Shown: positions 50,001-61,554 of the stretch, one piece after another
How the letters are laid out: each line of letters starts with the position of its first letter
How positions within the stretch are numbered: position 1 is the first letter of the stretch
Assembly (NCBI GenBank): GCA_028534125.1
Contig: JAPYYK010000045.1
Coordinates: forward strand, 186,001 to 250,000
Source: Lama glama
Lineage: Eukaryota
Length of the DNA stretch: 64,000 nucleotides
Direction of reading: 5' to 3'
The notes under the pieces: model-generated
What the model was told of the DNA's origin: nothing
The model's input: the letters and a program-made list of their open reading frames with translations, nothing else
Databases searched by the model: none
Program-made: the position numbers and the translations under genes

Positions 50001-50661
50001 CCTGTGAGCTTGTTTTTCAGACCTGCAGCCAGGGAGAGGCTCCCAGTTCTCACGCTGGCCGTGGGCGCCTGCCACCTCCATGCAAAGCCCCCTGTCCGGG
50101 AGGGCACATCTCCAGGCCCAGATCTGTGACAGGGAGGAGACGCAGCCCCCACGGAGGCAGGAGGCCAACCCTGCTGGGTGGTGGGTGGGAGTGGGGCAGC
50201 CCCCACCCCCAGCCCCAGCCCTCCGCCTGGTACCCAGCGCTGAGGTCCTCAGCCCCGGCAGCACCACAGAGCCAACAGGGAGCTTTGTGCAAATACTGCC
50301 GCCCGGGTCTTGCCCGGACCACCAAGCCTGGGCAGTGCCCCCACCGTGGTTCCGTCACCTGCTCCAGGGACAAGGCTGCGCGTGGGTGGTTGCTGACGAG
50401 AAAGCCAGACCTCGTCCGACAGGGACCCCCCCACCCTGACACGTGACCCCTGTCCAGTCTCGAGGGCCAGTCTCACCACACAGCCTGCTGCCCCAGGCAA
50501 GGCCCTACCCCGGGGTCTTGGCCCCAGCTCGTCGGTCTCCAGACCTCTGACCTTCACAGGAGTCTGCGTGGGAGGCTCGGGGTGGGGGCAAGGCTTGGGA
50601 CCAACAGGAGAGTGAACCTGCCTGGCGTGGAGGAGGGGAGTGAGGTGGAGAAGGGGCAGGA

Positions 50662-50796
50662 CTAGAGCCCCTGGGGTTCCGAGCACTCGACGGACTCCGA
50701 GAGCCTGGCCACGACTCGGGTCAGGGCCCTGTTCTCAGCCTGCAGCTGCTCGTTCATCTGCTTCAAGGTCTGAATCTGTTTTAGCTGATGGAGGTT
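50662..50796 (-). CDS. PPP1R12B: MYPT2 alternative C-terminal exon (B-type isoform): [44 protein letters not shown]
   Basis: acag|AAC acceptor with a pyrimidine tract, in frame after ...EEEMK. TAG at 50662-50664; probable donor CAG|gttcac at 50618. Matches the recalled alternative MYPT2/HS-M21 C-terminus. Confidence 0.88.
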   Translation of the reverse strand, partial: NLHQLKQIQTLKQMNEQLQAENRALTRVVARLSESVECSEPQGL

Positions 50797-51499
50797 CTGT
50801 GGAAAGTGAGACACGAAGGGACAGACAGACAGACCAGAGGAGATAAAGTGGGACAAAGAAATCACATGATTGTTTTTGTTTTCAGTTCGCATGCAAAAGG
50901 ACAGGAGAGAGGCAGGTGTGTGGTGAGGGGCGGGGGCTGAGGTCTGTGTGTGCCGGAGTCAGCCCCGGGGCTTCCGGTGAGCGCATCTGGACTGCCGCTG
51001 AGAACCGTGTGCCGGGGCCCTGCTCCAGCGGGTGGGGGCTCAGTGGTTCAGTGCGGCCCCCTCCCCCTCTGCTCATTCTTCTCCTTGACCCGGCCCATTA
51101 CTCACACTCCTTTCTGGGTCCTTCTCTTACCTCACTTATTTTTCACTTTAAAAAATAAAATAAAACCAGGAAAGAAAAAGGGCCTGTTGCTTCGACACAT
51201 GCGGCACCCCCTGCAGCCCCAGCTTGTCTTGAGTTCACGACCGCCAACCTGCCTGCGCTGCTCGGGGGCCTGCACCATGAGTCCACGGCCCAGCCCGCTC
51301 TCTGTTGGCTCGCGGGGAGGCTGGCAGCAGCCTGGAGGTGCCCCAGAAGGGCTCCCACTGGGGAAATGACAGCTGTGTACTCGAGCTGGGGTCACGAGCT
51401 GGGGAAGATGGCTGGGGGCCACATTGGCCCAGCCCTTGCCTCTTAGTGGTGTGAATGGAGCGGAATAGCCAGCCCTGGGTGTTCCTCCTAGTCCCTCGT

Positions 51500-51950
51500 G
51501 TCCATGAAGGAGCCAGGCCGCTGACCCTGAAGCTGAGACTGTCAGCTCCTGGGAGGAGGACACGGTTCTGTTATGTGAATGGGGCTTTGTGGATGAAGAC
51601 AACAGTCCTGTGGGTCTCAGGGAGGTCACTGGGCACTGGAGAGAAGCCTGCCGTACTCACAGGGACAGAAGGATGGAAATGGAAGGTCGTAGGAGTTACA
51701 GGTGTTCGAGGACAAGCAAGGATGTGAGAGACAGCGCGAAGGGGAAACAGTGAAAAGGAAACACAACAGAGACAAAAGTGCAGACTCGCCCCCCTCGACT
51801 GGGGTCATGGGGGTCACCACTTCGGGAAGAAGGGCGGGTGGGTGGTCCCGAGTCGTGGAGAGGACAGAGGAGGAGCTATGGGCGGCCTGAGGGGAGATCT
51901 AAACAGGTGGGCAGGGCACAGACTGAAAAACCAGTGGGAAGCCCTGGCTC
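51500..51950 (-). mobile_element. L2 remnant
   Basis: GGAGGTCACTGG...TGGAGAGA purine-rich L2-like segments. Confidence 0.45.
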
Positions 51951-54410
51951 CCGCCCCTCCCTGGGGTGGACACGGGACCACAGCTGCCAACAGGGGACAT
52001 GAAGTGGTCCTTGCCTCCAAGGGAGCAACACTGAACTGTGAGAATGGCTCGGCCCACTGTGTGCACACAGCAGACGGAGGGGAGGAGGGCGGAGGTTACT
52101 AGCAGTGGGGCAGGGGCAGGACTGAGAACAAGGCGGAGCTGGGGGGTCAGCCAGGGCTGCTTCCAGAGCAAGTAAAACACAAAATCCAAGACCCACCTGA
52201 AGGGGCTGGGGAAGGGGACCAGAGGAGGTGTGGGGAGGAGGGGGAGGGGCACGGAGAAGAGCTCGCCTCTGACGTGGGCCCCCCAACGCCCGTCAGAGGC
52301 CGGCATATAATCCTGCTGCAACTGCGCCTGAGTGGCTTCTCCTGGGGAGACCCACAACACTCACCTCCAAGTAAAGCCCAGACGGGCACAAGCCATGTCA
52401 ATCCACGGAGCCCACGTCCCCTGGCCTTCACTCGCCAGGGGCAGGAGAGCGGGTGCGACTCCCTCTCTGTCCCTGTGCACCTACTATACCCGCAAGGTTC
52501 CCTGGAGGTTGATGCCCACCACCCCTACCGAGGGCTCCGGGTCTGAGCATCCATATGAACTGAACAGGCCCACTGGGCCCCAGGTGTGACGGGTCAGTGA
52601 TCTGTGCTGCTGCTGGCCCGCTGCCAAGAACACGAAGATGCTGTCCCCACGGGCTGCAGTCCGGAAGAGCCTCAGAACTAACCAAGCACCTCCCTAACCT
52701 CCCTGGGGCCCACTCGCCAACGCCACGGCGTGCGAGCCTGAGTATCCAACACCCCCAAGAATGGTCCAGATGCAAACACACCCTAAAGTCGGCTGGTGGG
52801 CAGCCTGCACGCACCCCTGTCCGCTGCGTAGGCCTGGCACAGGCTCTGACCTAGCGAACGCGTCCCGGCACAGAGCCAGCAGGTGCTGCTTCCCCAGGGG
52901 GCCCTGTGCCTGGCAGCAGGGAGTGAAGGCAGCTGACTGAGCCGGCAGACTTTTCAACTGAAAAATAGTCTGTTTCCAACTGGTATACCTACTGGGTTGG
53001 GGCTGAAGTCAAGACAAGTTCCACCTTCATCTGAAAGGGGCTGGCACTCGAGGCAGGGCTGGGGGGCCCAGTGCCTCCATGTACTCGGTCTCTAAGGAGG
53101 AGAGAGCCCACGACCCACTCAGGAAGCTGTCACAGCTGAAGACGGTGCACCTGCCTCGTCCCACAGCACCCAGGGCGCCCAGGCCTGCCCACCTGGAGTG
53201 GGGAGGAAGGAAGGAAGGACCCAGGACAATGCAGAGTCCTGAGACTGGCGGGGACAGCCAGCTGGGTTCCTGTGGACCCGTGAAAGGCACCAGCTCCGGC
53301 CTCACTTACGGGCAGAGGCCATCTCCTAACGAGCACCTCGACAGCCGCCCAGCAGATGGTGCGACTCAGGGGCTTCGAACACAAAGGAGATCCACCCGAC
53401 CACGAGCTGTGGACCCACCATCACTGGCTGTTCAGCTCTGGGTGGGAGGCACTTTGGAGCGGGAGGTGAGAGAAAAACCAGAAGACGGGGAAGCTGACAG
53501 CTTCTGTCATCTCAGGAGAACACACACCAGTTATTTCTGCTTCCTGCTGGTCTCGAAAAACACCAAGTGTCACCGTCTGAGACACAGGCGGGCACTGTTG
53601 GGGACTCTGTGCGTGTGGGACACAGGGCGGGGCTCACTCCGGAGCAGCACTGAGGAGCAGGGCTACCAGCACCGATCCGGTGTCGACGTGACCCATCAGG
53701 CCAGGGGGACAACAGCTGGCTCTCCCACAACGCCTGAGGGACCCTGGCTCCAGCGGGCATCTGGGGCTCCGCTCACACTGCCCTGGGCCCCGCGTTCCTG
53801 GGGAGGAACCGCATTCCACGGATGAAGAGAGGGGAGATGGCCAAGAGGCTGGGTGGGTCCGGGCGCCAACCCCACACGCTGCGGGCCCACAGCTCAGGTC
53901 TGGCACGGCTCCCCTCCTCAGGGCAGAAGAGGTGCTGGCTCCCAGAGATCCAACTGCCCCAGGGTGACTGCCCCCGCAAAGGGCTGAGGGAGGTGCCGGT
54001 CACTGCAGGTCACAGTGAGCGTTTTGGGGGACGTGGACCCGGGCAGGAAGTCAGGCTGTGAATAAACCATTCCTCCACCACACAGTGACTCCAACTGTGT
54101 CCCCTGTGGCAAAGGGCGGGGGTAGGGAGGCCTTGGGGGGCCCGGCCTTTCTCGGGTTCCCAGGTGCCTCACGTGGGGCAGGGAGCCGGAACCCCTGCTC
54201 TAGCCTTTCGTCTGGCCCCTCCTCGGGGGTGAAGCCCTCACTCAGAAAACCTTCTGTTCAGCCCAGGTATGTCTCTAGCTCACCAGAGGACGCCCCTACA
54301 CCATAGGCCTCGACTGTTCCCAGAGAGGCAGTGGGGGCTGGGGGCCTGAGGTAAGCTGAGCACCTGGGGGCCGAGCGCCCGCCCTGCACAGAGAGGAAGC
54401 CCCACCCTAC

Positions 54411-54461
54411 CTTCATCTCCTCTTCCATCTCTGACATCTTCCGCTCCAAGGCTCGCCTCTC
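54411..54461 (-). CDS. PPP1R12B: MYPT2 exon ERRALERKMSEMEEEMK
   Basis: aacag|GAG...AAG|gtaggg; 51 nt, phase 0. Confidence 0.95.
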
Positions 54462-55490
54462 CTGTTGGAAACAACATGATCATTGAACATCCAATGGATT
54501 CGGAAAGGAGCCCGAATGCTGGTCCTGATGCCATGGGCTAACCTCACCCAGGATGGAGCACCGCCCATCCTACACCTGCAGGGGGGCTGCTTCCCAGGTG
54601 AGAGCCATGTTGCCCAAACCTCCTACCAGACGACTCCAAGATTCACGGGGACGCGAGTCGCCCAACAAGCAAACGGGGTCAGACTAGGGCGCTCCGAGTC
54701 CTTGCGGGAAGCTGAGCTTTCCACGAACTTTCAAACGACTGCCAGTGGCCAGGGCCTCGTGCTCTGTGTTAACACTGTCTTCCACGATGCCCTCCGAATT
54801 CCCAGGGAGCTGCTTCTCTCCTGCTGGGGAGGCAGACATCCCCGCCAACAAAGGAGCAAACACTCCCCCAGTTCACCTCCTTCCTGCAACGGTCCTGCCT
54901 TAGCCGGAACCCAACAGATGGGAACAAGACGCACAACTTGGTTGCTTTCCAAATCAAACAGACACCAAGAGGGACGGGAACTCACTGCAGCCCTGGGGTC
55001 AAGTCGAAGTCGCTTATCATTGAGTCTGAGTTTTCTCCACACAGACGTGCCAGCCTCCAGAGGGAGATTCTGAGTGTGGGCAAGGGGCCAGTGGTTGAAC
55101 CAGGGCCCCCCTCCCCCGAGGAAGCGTAAGACTCCGGCCTCCCAGGCTTTACGTCCTAAGATCTAACTCAGCGGTCCTGCTGAGCCCTCCCTCTGTTCAC
55201 AGGGCCCAAGCACTGGGGGTGGGGAGTGTGCGCAGCCGGCTTCCGCAGGCGATGCAGGCGGCCTTCCCAGGACCCTGCCCGCCCGGGCTGGACCATGGAA
55301 GGAGCCCTGGGCTCAGAGGAGGCCAAAGGCCAGCAAGCACACTGCCGTCCGGAGTCAGGCAGAAAGAATGTGCAGCCGAGCTGGGAGGGGACGTGGAGGA
55401 CCCGCCTCTGCAGAGGAGCTTTCTCCACTGGCAGGAGGGGCGAGTCCCAGCCCTCAGGGAGGGCAGGGCCGGGGCGGGGTGCAGGCATAC

Positions 55491-55544
55491 CCGCTTCTCC
55501 GTCTCCAGCACCGATGACCGGTCTGAGGTCTTCTCCTGTTTTTG
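55491..55544 (-). CDS. PPP1R12B: MYPT2 exon QKQEKTSDRSSVLETEKR
   Basis: caccag|CAA...CGG|gtatgc; 54 nt, phase 0. Confidence 0.94.
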
Positions 55545-57557
55545 CTGGTGCAAATGGAGAAGGACAGTTGTTACTCAGGGTGTCTCAGGCCAGGCGGCCC
55601 GTCCAGCCCAGCCTCCCCACTGGATGTCCAGAGACAGGCGTCGGGGTAGCAGGGCCCCAGCCCGCAGGCCCCGATGGGCCGCTAAGTCTAATGCTACTGC
55701 CCTTTGACCTGCACAGGACCCACCCCTCCCCGGGACGGGGCGGCAGCAGCAGTGAACACAGTGGCAAGCACAGGCACACACACGTGCACACGTGCATCCT
55801 TCAAGGCCGACTATCCTCTCCCACCGCCCTCGCTGCCTCTCCTGCTGCCGCCTCGCAGCCCAGAGACCAAAGTGCCTTGTCTCCTGTGACAGGCGGGGGC
55901 CCAAGGGGATCTCCCCGTGCTGCTGCCTCTGCTTGGGGACGGAGGCTGCAACTTGCAGGAGGAGCTGCCAGAGCCTCCCAGGGGTCTGCTCACGGGACCC
56001 GAATGGCTTTGAACAGAACGTTTCCATGCCTACTGTTCCCCACACTGGGCTTCCAGAGAAGGAAAGGCTTTGTTAGCATGAAAGGCTGGGACTCTGTTTC
56101 AGATCTTCCTCGATTTCTAGGACGAACTTCGCAGAGAGGCTGTAGAGATTTGGCCTCCACAGCCAAACAGCAGAGCGGCTTCAGGGAGCGACCCCTCCGG
56201 GGAGCGGAAGCGCCAGGTTCCTCCAGCCCAGTGTCCCTCCAGTCGAGGGACATGTGATGCCAGCAGAGGGGCTGTTCTCACGCCCAGGAGCAGCCCAGAC
56301 ATGTGTAACAGAGGCAGAAGTCGTGCTGGCGCTGGACGCCCCACACAGGACGCCAGGCTCCTGTTCCAGGATTTCACCTTCTGTCCTCAAGGTCACGGCC
56401 GTCTGCCCTTGCACAGAAGCCCCCGTGAAGCAGGAGGGAGAGGAGAGGGCACAGCGGATGCGGGGCTCGCTCGGTCCCCAGCCTGAGAGCACGGAGCTGC
56501 GGCGACTCCCCTCGCGTCAGCTCCCGTACACAGAGCCAGTTCTGATCCGCTCCTGTGGAGCCCTGACCCTCAGGGTTCGGGGGACCCTTCACGGGGACAC
56601 TGCATCCATGTGGTGCTTGTCTCCGCGCACTGACAGGCTCCTCCCCCACCCCCGAGCAACTCCATTTTTGGTAAACTGCAGACTTGGCCGCAGCACCAGC
56701 ACTTCTGCGCTTCAGTTAACTCGTATTTGGCAAAACCGAGTCTACTCCGACCACCCGGCCGAGCAGCTGAATAGGAGCCGGCGTCCCCCCTACTGACTGA
56801 AAGGCTGGTGTCGGGGGGGGGGGGGACACGCACTTCAGAGGGAGAGCAGGTGGTCAGCACGCTGAGGCCCTGGGTCCCATGCCCAGCGCCTCCAATGACC
56901 CTCTAATGATCAATCAGTAAACCTGGTTGTTCCCCTCGCAAAAGGAAAGGCTGGTTTTTACCCTCAACGCCCCCAGCAGTCACCGAGGCCTCAGGCAGCA
57001 CAACAGCCACCTGTCTTCCCCTGTCGCCCTCCTGGCAGAGCCGCACCTCCTCGGACCCCAGGCCCTCAGGGAAGGGCTGTCCCACTGTCCTCAAGCTTGT
57101 TGCCCGCAGGGGTCGTCTCACGAAGTCAGGCCTGGCGGCAAGAAGAGTGGTCTGTCTGGTCTTCTGCCACCAGCGCTCCAAGACGGGGCGCCCGGGGAGG
57201 TCACACATGCCTCAGGACAGAACTCTACGTCCCCACAGCGCCTCCTCCCTGGGGCTGCTGTGACTCACGGCCTCTCCTCGCGGGCTCTGGTCTGCTTACC
57301 CTCCTCCCACCACGCCCCGGCCCCCAAGGGGTGATGCGTGGAGGAGCTCGGTAGGCTCGGCAAGGACAGGTGTGTCCTCCTCACTAAGAAGCACGCAGGT
57401 TGTCCTCAACGCCTGACATTAGCACTCAGGCCGCCAGGAATGGCCCTGGACCTCTGCTTGCAACTCTGCACAAGACCCTGAGGAGGGCCGGTCTTGACCC
57501 GCCCCTGCCTACCCCTCCTCGGTCCAGAGTGCCCCGTCCGCGTCCTGCCCTCCTCAC

Positions 57558-57662
57558 CTGGGCCACCTTCTCAAGCTTGCATCTCACATCCGCGAGCTCC
57601 AGCTGGGCCTCCTGAAGTTTCGCCTTCAACTTCTGGTTTTCGGTCAGGGCGCCCTCGTAGAG
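57558..57662 (-). CDS. PPP1R12B: MYPT2 coiled-coil exon LYEGALTENQKLKAKLQEAQLELADVRCKLEKVAQ
   Basis: cccccag|CTC...CAG|gtgagg; 105 nt. Confidence 0.96.
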
Positions 57663-58468
57663 CTGGGGGAGGGAGGGGACCGGTCACCCGCCGGGTGGGC
57701 TCCCAGAATTGGACCCCTAGCATCATCCCACCAGGGCCCGGGGCTTGCTACCCCCGGCCACCACGAGGGCAGACGGAGTGGTCTGGCGAGTGGAACCCAC
57801 TCCCTGAACTCAGTGAATCCCAGGTGAAAGGAGCTGGACTTCACTGCGAACCTCGGGGGTCGGCCCCTCCCTCCTGGAGGGAGAACATGTGCACTGCTGG
57901 AAATGGGGCTCCCACACAGAAGGGATCTGCTTTTCAGAGCCTCCCTGCATGTGTATTGATTTTAGTCAAGTTCTGCTTAGCAAAACATAAACAAAACAAA
58001 CATTTTCTTTACAGAACAGCTTCTCCCAGCACTCCAAGCACATGGAGAGGAAGGTTTCTGAGTCGCCATTCCCGCGAGAGCCAAAGGGAACGGCCTCCAC
58101 TCCAGACGGCCGCGGTCACGCCTCCAGGAGCACCTGACCCGTGTTCACAGGGCCTCCTTAAAAGCTCGTGTTTGTTAAAAGCATGAGTCTACCTAGCGAT
58201 TCTCCGGGACTCAAACAGCATCCCTTTTACTTCCCCTTCCTCCCCGCACCTAACCCCTCCTTCCCCAACACCTCTTAGGTGTCTGCCTCTGGGCCCATTT
58301 TCGCTGCGCTGAAAACAGACGAAGGGTCTCCGTGCTTCTGTCGAGAGGTGGGGCATCTATCCCGGAGCCCCTCCCGCCTCATCAGAGCTCCGTTCACTTT
58401 CCTACACCAGGGAAAGGCCGAGCAGCGCGCATGGTGCCACCCAAGATCGCGGACGCTGCGGGCCTGAC

Positions 58469-58613
58469 CTTCCTGTAGTCCCTGTGGCCGTCCTCCTCCA
58501 CGCGGCTGGTCAGAGTGGCGAGACGGGCCTCCCGGGCCTCCCGGCGCGCTCGTGCGGATGCCCGGTCACCATAAGAGTCGCTGGCCGCGGCGTTACTACC
58601 TCCTGATTCCAAC
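58469..58613 (-). CDS. PPP1R12B: MYPT2 exon (R)LESGGSNAAASDSYGDRASARARREAREARLATLTSRVEEDGHRDYRK
   Basis: cccacag|G TTG...AAG|gtcagg; 145 nt; its phase complements the upstream microexon. Confidence 0.95.
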
Positions 58614-59419
58614 CTGTGGGAGACATGTCAGAGGTAAAAACCGGCTTTGAGAACGGAGAGGGAGGGAGGAGGTGCTCAGGGAGTTCGTGCCTCTCCTATG
58701 CCCTGGCAGAAACAGGCTCCCGGCCTCACCTGGCAGCTCAGGCACGTGCTCAGAGGAGGAGGCCGGCACTTGCTAAGAGTGGGCCTTCCTTGAAAAATCA
58801 GTGGTTGGACCCTTGTGCTGACCTAAATCTTAGAGCCTTCCCAGTGAGTTCAGGGTTGAAGAGCTCCCCTCAGGAGTGCTTTTAACAGCACAAGGTTCTT
58901 GGATCTCAATGGCTCTCGGAAAGTGACTCCCGTGAACCGCCAGTGAGTCCGAACCCAGGTGGAGTCCGAGCAGAGGCCTAGGAGGAGGAAGGTAAGCGAG
59001 GGCGCCCAGGCTCCACGGCGGGGCTGCCCCGCCTGCGGGGGGCTGTCGCATCCCAGGTCACCGAGCTCGTAGGGTGGCTGGTGGTTTTCTTCCCAGGACT
59101 GTCTGGTCTTCAGTGGGAAGGCCCTTAGCTGGCTTCCTGTTTAAGTGGACAACTGCCATCCTGGTCCTCGTTTTACATTTACACACCCTGGCGTGTCTCT
59201 TTCTTTCCAGACTAACACATGGCCCACAAAACTGCCCTGTACAAACCAGCCCTGAGAGCCCTACGTCCTGAACTGGGGCGGTCTGAAGAGTTGCAGCTGC
59301 AAGCTTTGGCCCGTGGGAGTTGCAGCCGGGGTGGGGGGTGGACTGAGCACTGGAAGTGGGGGGACAATTAGGATGACATGGGGTAGGGGACAAAGTTCCT
59401 AAGGACACCAAGGGCCACA

Positions 59420-60630
59420 GTTTTCTTACTGAGACACCAAGTCCTACAACGTTTTTCAAAACATCCTTTCCTTCTTGTCCTTTTTTTAAAATTGTATATA
59501 GAAATATCTTCATGGACTTTTGATTACAAAAGCAACACGTGCTTGCTGACAAGTTCATGAACTAGTAACAAAGTGTCCAAAACAGAAGGTGAAGGCATCC
59601 CATGTCCTGCCCAGAAGTACCCACTAGGGCGCTAAACACTGAAGGGTGAAACACGTGCTCCCACAAATAAAGTCAGACCACACACTCGCTGTCTAGCTCC
59701 GCCTCCTCGCCCACCTGCTCATGGAGACTGAGGCTTCTCACCGAGGAGGGAAAGGCAGGCTTGCCTTGTTGGAGCGGCAGTGCACCCTCGTGTTGGGTGG
59801 CTTGTGGGAGCTGGGCCCTCCGTCGATGGGCACGTACTGTTTTGAATTTCTAGCTACTATAAATAATGCTACAACGAGAAGACTTGTCTACTAACCTGAG
59901 TGTATTTGCTCAGCTATTTTCCCAGGATAAAATCTCGGACGTGGAACCGTTCTGTCGGGGTAAATGCACTTCAAATGCTGATACGTACTGCCCTCTAGAG
60001 AGGTCTGATCCTCTCCCACCCAACAGGAGTATCTAGATGCTGTTAATCCCAACATTCTGAAGTCCTCATGGAGGCTCCGCGTCCCGGCTACTCATCTCAG
60101 CTTCTGAGCTGCGTACTCAGCCTTTGCCGCGCTTCTCCTCACACTGCGGGAGCGTCCTATATATAGCAGGGCTTTTAAAACCGTAGGCTGTGAAAATTTC
60201 CCCTCCACTTTACTTTTTGTCTCTGTGTATGGTGTCTTTCACTAGCAGAGATTTTAAATTTTATATAATTAGAATGCACAATTTTTACCTTTATGGTAAC
60301 ATGCTTGGGGTGGGTTTTCCTATGTAAAGATTGTGTTGTCTTCTACTTTGGGAGTAAAATCTTTCTTCTTAAGGAGTGCAATCCAGCTGAAATTTGGTGG
60401 GGTTTTTTGGTTTTGTTTTGATTTTGGTTTTTTTTCTAGTGTGGTTTGAGAGAAGCATCTATTTTCCAGTCCAGCTGATGGTCCCAATGATCAATGACTG
60501 AAGGGTTCCTTCCCTGGAGCTGGAAACTCACATGACTTCTCGGGCTTTCTACTGTGTTCCAACAATCTCTGTTCTCACTGTTTTAACCACTACAGTTTTA
60601 CTGCATATTTTGATGTCTGTAGGGACATTT
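59420..60630 (-). mobile_element. Old L1 fragment(s) in a PPP1R12B intron
   Basis: AT-rich block with CTACTATAAATAATGCTACAA, CAGAGATTTTAAATTTTATA and other antisense L1 motifs. Confidence 0.7.
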
Positions 60631-61071
60631 CCCTTCATAAATGGCCACTGTAACATAACAGTCCACAAAAAATTAACTATACCAAAGCACCCCCCTCCAC
60701 CAATTTTGCAAAATGGATTTTCTGCTGGGTTAGGTGGAAACTGTATTTCACCTCAGCTGGTGCCTGGCAAGAGGGTGAGCAAAGGAAGAAAGCACGCACG
60801 TCTGTGAATTTACATTCGATTAGTGCTGAGACTGTCTGTCCTCTGCTCTGCTGTCCTGTAACTACACCTCCCGTCTCGCCAGCTTCTGCCTCAAGGGCTG
60901 CAGAAAGCGGGGAGTCAACGTTCCAGCCCCGCAGTCTCTACAATCCTATCCTGCAGGAAGGCGAGGTCTGCGCCCCGAGCATTAGGTGAAAAATCAGACG
61001 ATCCTTCCCCCAACTCGGACATGCTCCTTTAACTTCAGCAGCTGCAGTTCTTTCAGCCAGTTAATACTGCG

Positions 61072-61147
61072 CACTGCCAGGAACGGGGAGTCCCCACCAG
61101 GAACGGGGAGTCACCGCCGGGAACAGGGAGTCACTGCCCGGAACAGG
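61072..61147. repeat. 20-bp minisatellite (GAACRGGGAGTCACYGCCNG), ~3.7 copies
   Basis: Units start at 61081, 61101, 61121 and 61141. Confidence 0.9.
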
Positions 61148-61537
61148 TTGGTCCGCTGTTATGTGACACGCCCACCTCTGCCGTGAAGTGCTCCGGCACC
61201 AGCAGGTCAGGCCCCGCCTCTTGTCTGCTCTGAGGACCTGCCTGGACCCCTTCCTGGCACTTACAACATTACCTTCTCCCCAGTGGCCTGGGTGCCGACT
61301 GGAGGTGAGGACAGCGTCTCACTGAGAGCGCAGTGCCTGGTCCAGAGCTCAGGGAGGGGGACCTGGGGGCGGGAGCTGAGTGCACAGCACTGCACGCCTT
61401 CGGGTGGGAGACGTGCAGCCTGAGTGTGGTGGCGGCTGCGGGATGAGAGGGGAAGTGGGACGCGACGGGCTCCGTGACGCTGAGTGCGGGCGGACATGCA
61501 CTGCCCGAGCACAAGCATGCACGCGGGGGGTTCTTAC

Positions 61538-61554
61538 CTAGAGAGCCTCTCATG
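61538..61554 (-). CDS. PPP1R12B: MYPT2 17-nt microexon (HERLS + AG of Arg)
   Basis: ctccag|CATGAGAGGCTCTCTAG|gtaaga; supplies HERLSR immediately before LESGGSN as in MYPT2; long upstream pyrimidine tract. Confidence 0.88.

Noticed and set aside
55226-56257. 343-aa plus-strand ORF antisense to PPP1R12B
   Set aside because: Non-ATG start, low-complexity composition, no recognisable homology.
61072-61147. CRISPR-like regular repeats
   Set aside because: Head-to-tail 20-bp units without spacers in a mammalian intron; a minisatellite.
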